From a virus, in IMG/VR virus record IMGVR_UViG_3300027566_000006, positions 34,340 to 98,339 of that record: a stretch of DNA of 64,000 nt. The stretch is one strand, 5' to 3'. Made by a program: the position numbers and the translations under genes. The notes under the pieces were generated by a model that worked only from the letters and a program-made list of their open reading frames with translations, was not told where the DNA came from and did not search any database. Shown piece after piece: positions 10,490 to 18,754 of the stretch (the first letter of the stretch is position 1; every line of letters starts with the position of its first letter).

Positions 10490-10545
10490 TATTGTTATAC
10501 CTCCTTCCATTTTTTCACTTTGAATCAAATTTGCTATTGGTTTTG

Positions 10546-10824
10546 TTATTTGCATATTTCGCATATGCAATGTTGTGATCCACCTGTAAATATTCCTTTG
10601 TATACATCTGATTCAAGAATAAGACTCTTATAATTTCTTCTTGAATCTCCTGTATACATTACTTTAATTATGCCAGAAACATAATTCCGTAAAGTATACC
10701 CAGTAGCAAGGATTTTATTATCATCCATGCATCTAATTTGATATTTAAAGAAGTTTACCTTCTCACATACCAAATTTTGATTACCTAAGTATTTTTCGAG
10801 TTCTCCTGCTTTTAAAGTTTTCAT
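10546..10824 (-). CDS. hypothetical protein (start revised to MKTLK)
   Basis: GGAG RBS precedes the internal ATG. Confidence 0.5.
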   Translation of the reverse strand: MKTLKAGELEKYLGNQNLVCEKVNFFKYQIRCMDDNKILATGYTLRNYVSGIIKVMYTGDSRRNYKSLILESDVYKGIFTGGSQHCICEICK

Positions 10825-11125
10825 TCCTATCCACTCCATTCTGTTATTATTTTTATTTCCTTTTAATACCCTCAATTATGCCCAAATTGGGCATACTGGA
10901 AGGTACTGCTGTTATACTAAATAAATTTTAATTCCTAAATATATTTGTGAATCAATTCTAATTTTCTCAATTTCCCGTTCCTTGTATTCTTTTGGTATTT
11001 TGTGCCGTAAAATGTAATTGCAGACCATCAACATGCAATTCTATATTTTCTTTACCATCAAGAGTTTTTAATAAGTCATCAAATTTCATTCTGCTCCACT
11101 CCTTTTTTAATTCTGTTATTACCTA

Positions 11126-11155
11126 ATTCTAACAGATTTACTTTCATGTTGTCAA
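11126..11155 (-). promoter_or_regulatory. sigmaA promoter
   Basis: TTGACA-18-TAGAAT; shares TTGACAACATGAAA with the 9743 promoter. Confidence 0.65.
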
Positions 11156-11240
11156 TAGTATTTTATGCTTACAATTATATCTTTATTCTGTTATTTAGTG
11201 ATAAAATCAATCTTTCATCACAAGTATAGTTTAACTGCTG

Positions 11241-11534
11241 TTATACCGCTTGAGGGTAAAGTTTGCAGTATTCATCAAACAATTTCTCTGTTTCCCTTTT
11301 TGCATCTTTTAGCAGTTTAAACCTTCCAATAATATCTTGAGATTCTTTTTCCGTATTTTCTACTATGCCATAATAAAAAGGTCTTTTGATTGAATCGTGA
11401 CTGTATTCTTTTTCCATTTCTTGATATACAACTACTCTAATGGTTTCTAATGTATTGCAGGGATCACGGGCTTCAAAAGTATAACGGGGAGAATCGTCTA
11501 ACCAGTCATAACCTTTTGTCCATTTTTTAGTCAT
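11241..11534 (-). CDS. hypothetical protein
   Basis: ORF with AAGGAG RBS. Confidence 0.65.
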   Translation of the reverse strand: MTKKWTKGYDWLDDSPRYTFEARDPCNTLETIRVVVYQEMEKEYSHDSIKRPFYYGIVENTEKESQDIIGRFKLLKDAKRETEKLFDEYCKLYPQAV

Positions 11535-11569
11535 ATGATTTTCACTCCTTAATTATTTTATTAATCTGG

Positions 11570-11926
11570 TTATTGCTGATATGCACAAATAACCTTGTCA
11601 CCTAAATCAATGGCAAATCCTTTTTTACTCGGTAAAGGTTTGATCATATCAATAAATTTAGACTTTGTGTTATACTCAATTCCTGCTGCATCGATAAAAT
11701 TATCATTGAAATAATCCCAGGTTTTATAATTCTTATTGATAGTCTGCTCTAAGTAACATACTAGAGCTTTGTTGGCTGGTAAAGTGTATAGCGCATGGTC
11801 TGTTATAGTTCCCTGCTCGTCAATAGACTTGATAATTGATTTTTGGTTGTTCATTATGTTTCCTTCTTTCTTAATAATTATTTTTAGTTTGTTATACTGC
11901 GTATGAATATCTTCTACCTTCTTCAT
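11570..11926 (-). CDS. hypothetical protein
   Basis: ORF; true start probably MNNQK at 11854. Confidence 0.55.
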   Translation of the reverse strand: MKKVEDIHTQYNKLKIIIKKEGNIMNNQKSIIKSIDEQGTITDHALYTLPANKALVCYLEQTINKNYKTWDYFNDNFIDAAGIEYNTKSKFIDMIKPLPSKKGFAIDLGDKVICAYQQ

Positions 11927-12149
11927 CTATTAGATAAATATATTTGACTGAAGTTATTTTGTATTCTGCTCCTTTTGTTTTATGCCATTCAAATGTTCGG
12001 TCAACATGAATTATATATTCATTGTTATAAATTAGCATGTATTCAAATGTATCATACTCAGTTTTTTCTATTTCTAATAATTTCTCAAGGTCTTTTATTT
12101 TGATTTTTCCTTTTATTGATTCGGGCATAGATTTTTTATTGATATACAT
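11892..12149 (-). CDS. hypothetical protein
   Basis: ORF with GGAGG RBS. Confidence 0.6.
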   Translation of the reverse strand: MYINKKSMPESIKGKIKIKDLEKLLEIEKTEYDTFEYMLIYNNEYIIHVDRTFEWHKTKGAEYKITSVKYIYLIDEEGRRYSYAV

Positions 12150-12274
12150 TATGTTTTTACCTCCTTCCCTTATTACTATTCTGTTATTATTAATTCCTCT
12201 ATAGAATATTAAAATCTGTTATATCTTATTTATAGTTTGATTTTAACACTCTAACAAAAATTAATTGCTTGCTG

Positions 12275-12601
12275 TTATTGTGCGCTTGATCCGCTAACAT
12301 GAGCATAATTAGTTAAAAACCATTCTGTATATTTTTCAGCTTTAAACCATTTCGCTAGTTTATAATAACTTAATTCTCCTATTCCTGGTATTGGTTGCGG
12401 TTTTATTAATGCTTTTTTAGGTATCCAGCAAGTATATTTTGATAATTCCATGCTTTTAGATTCCATGTTATAACCTTGTAATTGTATAGCCTTATCTGTT
12501 ATTGCCGTTATACGTCCATGAAACATTCTACTAAATATTGCCGTCTCTGCTATTGCTCCACCTAAAGAAATGCTGATTTCTTGATATTCTCTAAAATCCA
12601 T
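12275..12601 (-). CDS. hypothetical protein
   Basis: ORF with GAGGA RBS. Confidence 0.6.
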   Translation of the reverse strand: MDFREYQEISISLGGAIAETAIFSRMFHGRITAITDKAIQLQGYNMESKSMELSKYTCWIPKKALIKPQPIPGIGELSYYKLAKWFKAEKYTEWFLTNYAHVSGSSAQ

Positions 12602-12606
12602 TATTG

Positions 12607-12861
12607 TTATTCCTCCTCTATAAATTCAACTATGTGCAAACCTTTATTCCAATTGTATTTACATATTTGACCACTAAAAATGTTATTGTCTGCATCAAGA
12701 AATAAGGTAATGTTATTAACATCTTTTTTCATTCCTTCCCGATATGGTTTGATATATGTTCTACAGATTAAGTGGGGAATGGTTCCTGCTACATTGTATA
12801 GGTCTGCAAACTGTCCACCTGGAGTAAATACGCTAGTTCTGATTTCTTCAATATTTACCAT
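12607..12861 (-). CDS. hypothetical protein
   Basis: ORF with AGGAGG RBS. Confidence 0.65.
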   Translation of the reverse strand: MVNIEEIRTSVFTPGGQFADLYNVAGTIPHLICRTYIKPYREGMKKDVNNITLFLDADNNIFSGQICKYNWNKGLHIVEFIEEE

Positions 12862-12958
12862 ATTTATCCTCCTTTATATTTTTGTTTTACTACTAATAAG
12901 CCTTGACAAGTGGTGCTAATTGTTATTTGTTATTAGTACCACTTAATAAGAATTATTG

Positions 12959-13195
12959 TTATTGATTTTTAGATGATATCCGACTGATATAGTTTTGAAA
13001 ATCCAGTATTGATATTTTAGTCATTGGCTGAGATGATATTTTATTTTTAGCTTTATATACCTTTAAATTTGTTTCTCTGGTGTCAAACTTGTATTCGCCT
13101 ATATGATACATTCCCCACCTATCAATGGTAGCTCCTGCTTGCTCTAGGATGGTATTAAGATCATTAATATGTTTTAACCTTTGGATTTTTGTCAA
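12959..13195 (-). CDS. hypothetical protein
   Basis: TTG start with GGGAG RBS. Confidence 0.55.
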   Translation of the reverse strand: MTKIQRLKHINDLNTILEQAGATIDRWGMYHIGEYKFDTRETNLKVYKAKNKISSQPMTKISILDFQNYISRISSKNQ

Positions 13196-13228
13196 TGTTA
13201 TCGACTCCCTTTATTTATTTTATGCCTC

Positions 13229-13258
13229 ATTATATCATACTGGTAATATGATTGTAAA
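13229..13258 (-). promoter_or_regulatory. sigmaA promoter (extended -10)
   Basis: TTTACA-18-TATAAT with TG. Confidence 0.65.
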
Positions 13259-13312
13259 GAGTGGATATTTATTTTTATTAAATGATATACTGCTCGTGAT
13301 AGGATAAGTCTG

Positions 13313-13495
13313 TTATATCATTTCTATTTTAATATCATTATGTTTTTCTTTATCTTTCATTACATCAACTATAAAGTGCATATTTGGAGTAATAGTTTCA
13401 TATTTTGTAGCATCTTCTATGTCGTCTACCATTTTGGGGAACACTTCTCGAACAATAAATTTTAAGTATTGATTTTCACATTTAATCACATACAT
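13313..13495 (-). CDS. hypothetical protein
   Basis: AGGAGG RBS. Confidence 0.6.
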   Translation of the reverse strand: MYVIKCENQYLKFIVREVFPKMVDDIEDATKYETITPNMHFIVDVMKDKEKHNDIKIEMI

Positions 13496-13545
13496 ATAAT
13501 AACCTCCTTTTCACTTGATTCCAAACGGTTATTTTATGCTGAGTG

Positions 13546-13842
13546 CTAATTTATTTTTACAAATTTTAATATACTTGATTCAACCCAAGTTTTCAATTCT
13601 TTATCTGTTATAGTCTTTTCCCAAATAAAACTTTTAAAATCTGTACTATAACAATGTAATTGACAACGGCCTATGATCCATAGATTATCTTGTAATACTT
13701 CATATATTCCATTATAGCAATCAAATTGATTTTGAATAATTACATGATTTATTTTTATATTGTCTTTTTCAGTTACCAAAATATATTTTACATTATTTTT
13801 ACCACAAAAGTCTGGTAGTATATCATTGTTATTGTTATTCAT
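13546..13842 (-). CDS. hypothetical protein
   Basis: GGAGG RBS. Confidence 0.6.
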   Translation of the reverse strand: MNNNNNDILPDFCGKNNVKYILVTEKDNIKINHVIIQNQFDCYNGIYEVLQDNLWIIGRCQLHCYSTDFKSFIWEKTITDKELKTWVESSILKFVKIN

Positions 13843-13873
13843 TTTTATTCCTCCAATTCATTTTTTTAATCTG

Positions 13874-14218
13874 TTATAGATTTACCGCTATAGTTCCGCT
13901 TTTAATCCAGCAATCACAATTAGCAATGACTGTTATTATTGTTATGGTATTATTTGTAATATTGCAAACTATCGAAAAATTGTTTGGTTTATCTTGTATA
14001 AAAATATCTCTGTTGCTACCAGCATAGGCTGTTATTGTTTTTTCTCCTAGACTGAGTATTGATCCTGTTACTTGGTAAAGATCAATTTGTCGTTGCTGTA
14101 GTCTGAGTTCTGCATGGTTTGTTAAGCGGATAGAATAGGTATTATTATTAATAGTGAATGTATTAATGGAAGTTCCCGCCTTTCTTTTGTGGTTGTGGTT
14201 GGTTGTGGTGTTATACAT
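13874..14218 (-). CDS. DUF4258/BECR-like small protein
   Basis: IRLTNHAELRLQQRQI and C-terminal ITIITVI pattern resemble RelE-like BECR RNase folds. Confidence 0.4.
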   Translation of the reverse strand: MYNTTTNHNHKRKAGTSINTFTINNNTYSIRLTNHAELRLQQRQIDLYQVTGSILSLGEKTITAYAGSNRDIFIQDKPNNFSIVCNITNNTITIITVIANCDCWIKSGTIAVNL

Positions 14219-14522
14219 TTATTATACTCCTTTCTTTTGTTATTTGTAATTGTATTCGGTTTATAATCTTTGACAATGGGTATTATATTTATTTTGATTC
14301 TATAATACCTATTAATAAGGATTATATTGTGATAGTGTTATGCAGGTCTTACAATTAGTTCATTATTCTTAATTTCTACTACTTGGAGCTTGCAAGTAGT
14401 GTTTTTTAATTTAAAGGTATCATTCACTTTATAATCCTTTTTAACCTTGCCTATTAGATTTAGACAACCGGGTGATCTAAAATATACTTTTTTCATTTTG
14501 TTGTGCTCCTTCCATTAGTCTG

Positions 14523-14729
14523 TTATATCATTCCAAGATATTCGCAGTATTCGCCACCATGATTATTATATAGTTTAGTTTGTTTCATTAGTGTATAGTC
14601 TTCTAATATGCTACATTGTACTAATAGTGTTAATTCTTTTAATGTTGCGTGTACTTGTATTCTCTTTGTGGCCATTTTAGATTTTAGGTTTCTGGCTTGG
14701 TTTGTTATTGTCTTTTGGTCTTTTGTCAT
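14523..14729 (-). CDS. hypothetical protein
   Basis: ORF with RBS. Confidence 0.5.
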   Translation of the reverse strand: MTKDQKTITNQARNLKSKMATKRIQVHATLKELTLLVQCSILEDYTLMKQTKLYNNHGGEYCEYLGMI

Positions 14730-14844
14730 TTTGTTATTTCCTTCTTTCTTTTTATTATTGTTCTGTTATTGTGTTTTAAATATTCTCTATAGAGCTAATT
14801 TTATTTTATACTTCTAATTAGCTCTAACAAAATATTATTTGGTG

Positions 14845-15219
14845 TTATGCTGCCGTTATGGTTTGTTCTGTTATTGTTTGTTCAGCTAATTGAATTAATT
14901 CTTTTAGGCTAAATCTATTACTTTCTTTTAGTTCGGTTTCTTTGTGTTCTTTTGTTATGCTCCATATGTTGCCATCATTGTTCTTAGTGGCTGAATAGGT
15001 TTCCGTAAAATATTTACCAATTCCATTACAATACTTAAAATAATAAAACCTAGTGTATTGTTTTTCCGTTTCCGTCTCGTTTGTTAATTTGATTAATGAA
15101 GGGTATTCATGATCATGCGATGGATTATAGATATAATTTGCTAGATCAATTTTAAAATTATTTGCGGTTTGGATTTGAGATAGTTTTTTAAGGTTTTCCT
15201 TTTTGAGATTTCTTGCCAT
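14845..15219 (-). CDS. hypothetical protein
   Basis: ORF with RBS. Confidence 0.65.
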   Translation of the reverse strand: MARNLKKENLKKLSQIQTANNFKIDLANYIYNPSHDHEYPSLIKLTNETETEKQYTRFYYFKYCNGIGKYFTETYSATKNNDGNIWSITKEHKETELKESNRFSLKELIQLAEQTITEQTITAA

Positions 15220-15317
15220 TTTAATTCCTTCTTCCTTTTATTTGTTATTTTGTGTATCTGTTATATCCTCTATAAAGCATATACTTAACTGTTATAGGTA
15301 TATGCTTTAACAAGATA

Positions 15318-15680
15318 TTAAGATATGAAATGTAATTCCCCATTAACTTCTAAACTTATTGCATCTTGATTAGCCATTGTTAGTAATTGTTCGCCTATTT
15401 CAATAGCTGACTCAATTGCAATTTCTAGGTTATTTGTGTAGCTGAATACTACGGTAATTTTTTCTTTTATCAATTCCCCTGATGCTGATTTCCAGTAACC
15501 TAGTGCGGATGTAGAAGTAGCTCCCCCATTAACCTGGGAGAACGTAGAAGCTGTTAAGTCAACCATTTTATTAATTAGTTCCTGTGATAATTCAATATTG
15601 TTTTTGTCTTTTGTCGGAACGTATAAAGAGATTTTATGGGATAATTTGAATAGGTTTTTCAAGGTTTTTTTGTTTTCCAT
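15318..15680 (-). CDS. conserved small phage protein (GGAT...G.W...E motif, DUF3574-like)
   Basis: NGGATST.ALGYWKS..GELIKEK; start revised to the ATG behind GAAGGA. Confidence 0.5.
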   Translation of the reverse strand: MENKKTLKNLFKLSHKISLYVPTKDKNNIELSQELINKMVDLTASTFSQVNGGATSTSALGYWKSASGELIKEKITVVFSYTNNLEIAIESAIEIGEQLLTMANQDAISLEVNGELHFIS

Positions 15681-15750
15681 TAGTGTTATTCCTTCTTTCA
15701 TTTTTTGTTATTTTAGCATCAAATCTCGGTTTTATACTGAGTGATATTAA

Positions 15751-15921
15751 TTATTCTTCGTTTATTACTACTCGTTCTATTATATTACTAATTACATTTT
15801 GCAATCCAAAAAGTTCTTTTAATGTTAGGGTTCCTTCCTCTTCAACTAATTTTTCTAATATGCTTTGATTTCTTAATATTTCGCTAGCTCTTTCTAGTGT
15901 TATATGTTGTTTATTTGCCAT
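15751..15921 (-). CDS. hypothetical protein, first ORF of early operon
   Basis: AAAGGAG RBS before ATG (MANKQ). Confidence 0.6.
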   Translation of the reverse strand: MANKQHITLERASEILRNQSILEKLVEEEGTLTLKELFGLQNVISNIIERVVINEE

Positions 15922-15944
15922 TTTGATATCTCCTTTCATTTTAT

Positions 15945-16265
15945 TTTAGACTTCTAAAAACCTTCAAGCAAGATAATGTTTGTTGGTTGTTATCTTGATT
16001 CAAGATTCTCTATTCTCGGTTACTGCACTCTGTTCATATCTTTCAATTTATCTCTACTATACTTGTGCCGGGTCAATGCCTCCAGCTATACGGCTTAGTA
16101 GGTTAGAGTGCTATATTAGTATTTATATCCTCCACGATTCAATAAATACTTTTTGTATTAGAGCTTGCATGAGGTAAAGGTAACTCGAATCTGAATCGGC
16201 TGGCCTTTAGGTCTAAGCGGTCTAGGCTGTCGGCCTGTTGTTCGTGTGTCTGTATCTCTTATCTG
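15945..16265 (-). ncRNA. putative structured leader RNA
   Basis: GC-richer, ORF-free on the sense strand, at least 6 complementary segment pairs, directly after a consensus promoter. Confidence 0.55.
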
Positions 16266-16270
16266 AATTC

Positions 16271-16299
16271 AGTATATCAGGTTGGGAATATGAAGTCAA
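16271..16299 (-). promoter_or_regulatory. sigmaA promoter of early operon
   Basis: TTGACT-17-TATACT with TG extension and AT-rich UP element. Confidence 0.8.
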
Positions 16300-16555
16300 T
16301 AGTTTTTTTGAATATTTTTATATTTTTATTTTGATGATTGATTGAGAATAGGTTGGTATTAGATTGATAATATAATGGTGGTTGCAGCATGATTTGATTG
16401 TATAGGTGGTTATATGGCTCAAGGTTGGACGGTAGTATGTTTTATGATGTTTTGTATTCAGTTGGTTGGTTTATGGTGGTTGTTGGGGAGTATGAGAGGA
16501 GGTAATTTAATAGAAGATAAAAAATTGAACATTTACACGGTATAATAAGAGAATT

Positions 16556-16622
16556 AAAAAAGTTGTCCGTCAAAACCTATATAGAAATAAATCTATTATA
16601 TAGTATTCGACAGACAACTTTT
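16556..16622. repeat. long imperfect inverted repeat
   Basis: AAAGTTGTCcGTCaAA..CTATATA / TATATAG..TTcGACaGACAACTTT. Confidence 0.7.
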
Positions 16623-16639
16623 ATTTTATATTCATAATA

Positions 16640-17677
16640 TTATAGTTTAATCAATAATTCCGCTAACTCTTGTTGAGCATATAAATATACATCATTCAAT
16701 CGGAAAAATTTACTCAATGACATTTCGGACGGTTTGCCGATAATATGATTCATATATTCTTCTACTTGCTGATCATATTGTTCCTGACTTTTATCATATT
16801 TCTTTTGTGCTTGCTCATTTACCGCAAGAACTATCTTATCATTTAACATTCTCTTTTGTATTAATAATTCTGCTTGCTGCAAGGCATCATCTATATATTT
16901 TTTGGTGAATGATATCTTAATATCTTTATAGGTATAATTTATATTATGCCTTTCTTTTAATAATTGGTTGACTCTAGAATAAAATTCTTTTTGCTTAAAT
17001 TTGAGATGCATTATAGTAATGCTTTCAAGATTCATATTAATTAATGTTTCCTTTTCAATATCTCTTATAATATCCTTTTCTTCTTCTGTGGCCTCACGTT
17101 CTATTGTTGCATTGGTTGTATTTACTTCTCTTATATTAATCATTGTCAATTCTTCATAGTCTATTAACCGTCTATTCTTTAAGTTATTTAAAGTGCTGAA
17201 TATTATTTCCCTTAGTTTTTGGTAAGTTCTTTGGTAAAAATGATTAATATGGTAATCGGTAATAAAATCAGAGTCAGCTTTTATATTTTCCTTATCCTCT
17301 TGTATATAGTTAATATTGATCATACCTAATAATAAGAATAACTTTTTAAGTGTAATTCTTGTTTGTTTTCCATCTTGTCTGGATAGATGATTCAATAATA
17401 ATAATTCAATGTGTTTGATATAAATAGAGTTATTACCATATAAATAATTATCATCTTTGGGTAATGGAGTGCTATGTATTTTAGTGATTATATATTTTTG
17501 TTTATCCTTTTCATAATCAAAATATCTGAGCCATTCTTTTACTTGATAGATTTTTGCATTCCCGGTCTTTGGTTCTTCGGATAATAGAGTGCATAAAGTC
17601 TTATAATTCTTTATTGTTTGGCCTATTGTTAGGTTGGTTTGGATAAGGTTGTATAATGGGTCTTGTTGTGGTGTCAT
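16640..17677 (-). CDS. hypothetical DNA-binding (wHTH-like) phage protein
   Basis: 345 aa, AAGGAG RBS, own promoter TTGCAA-17-TACAAT (17725-17753). Confidence 0.55.
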   Translation of the reverse strand: MTPQQDPLYNLIQTNLTIGQTIKNYKTLCTLLSEEPKTGNAKIYQVKEWLRYFDYEKDKQKYIITKIHSTPLPKDDNYLYGNNSIYIKHIELLLLNHLSRQDGKQTRITLKKLFLLLGMININYIQEDKENIKADSDFITDYHINHFYQRTYQKLREIIFSTLNNLKNRRLIDYEELTMINIREVNTTNATIEREATEEEKDIIRDIEKETLINMNLESITIMHLKFKQKEFYSRVNQLLKERHNINYTYKDIKISFTKKYIDDALQQAELLIQKRMLNDKIVLAVNEQAQKKYDKSQEQYDQQVEEYMNHIIGKPSEMSLSKFFRLNDVYLYAQQELAELLIKL

Positions 17678-18434
17678 GGTTTATTAGTCTCCTTTATTAT
17701 TTATTTGTTTACATAGTTATTATTATTGTATCATGTATGGTATTGGTTTGCAAGTATATTTATATTGTGGTTTTGTTAGAGTAAGACCAGACACAATGTT
17801 ACTCATATTGTATTATTATTTTGTATATATGACGCATATATAGTTTAATGTGCTATACTAATTAAATTATTATATGGTAATATGAGTATTATTTGTTTAG
17901 ATGTGAGGCATATATGGTGTAATATAGGATTAAATAGGTTTAATATGATGTAATGTGATGTTTAATTGTGTGATATTGTGGTTATTATGTATCATATATG
18001 ATGATTAATTAGTTTAATGTGTGTCATATTTAAGTTAATGTGATATACTATTTGTATGTCTTCCATAGTTGATTCCCTGTTATCATCCCCGAAAATTTGT
18101 CAAGTAATTTCCCTTGGCAGACTCCAACCGATAGCAATGAACAGTATCAAAACACATCAAGACCAGCCAAACTGATCCTATTAGTATAGTTTGCTCTATT
18201 CGGCTTATTTCTATCCATATTTCATGCTATCGGCAGCAAATATCAGTACAAAATACCTCTTTCATAGCGTCCATAATCAAATATAGAGGTACAACACATA
18301 TTCTGTAGTATTATTTCATGGTCTATAAATCCCATTATATCGGTATTCTTAGCACTTTAAGTAAGATTAACAGATTATCAATATAATTGACTAGGTATGC
18401 CCGCCCTACTTTACAAACTTTAGGGTAAAATTAT

Positions 18435-18448
18435 CGAACACATGTTCT
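18435..18448. promoter_or_regulatory. Gram-positive LexA (Cheo) box
   Basis: CGAACACATGTTCT fits GAAC-N4-GTTC. Confidence 0.55.
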
Positions 18449-18754
18449 ACATCTCTTCCCTATCGACATCGCGGTTCATTCCGATTCCGAGTAACAACGG
18501 TAAATATAAAATTCTAATAAATTTAATTCAAAATACATTCACTATGTAATCGTAAAACATACCAAAAATATTATAGTTTTAACCCTAAACACCACAGGGG
18601 TATATTAATAAATTTCAATAGATTTTTAATAATAACACCATACTAACTAACCCTCAATCCCTTATAAATCTACTTCTAACCTATTTACTTAATAAAAAAT
18701 AGTAGTTAATATACGAACCCATACATTAACTACTATCGAATATACTATATATCT

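Noticed and set aside
14262-14326. Frpo-like single-strand promoter (TTGACA and TATAAT within the hairpin)
   Set aside because: The hexamers are ~25 bp apart, face against the genes, and are missing from most sister hairpins.
15980-16177. 65-aa + strand ORF
   Set aside because: No RBS, opposite to local transcription; the region is better explained as leader RNA.
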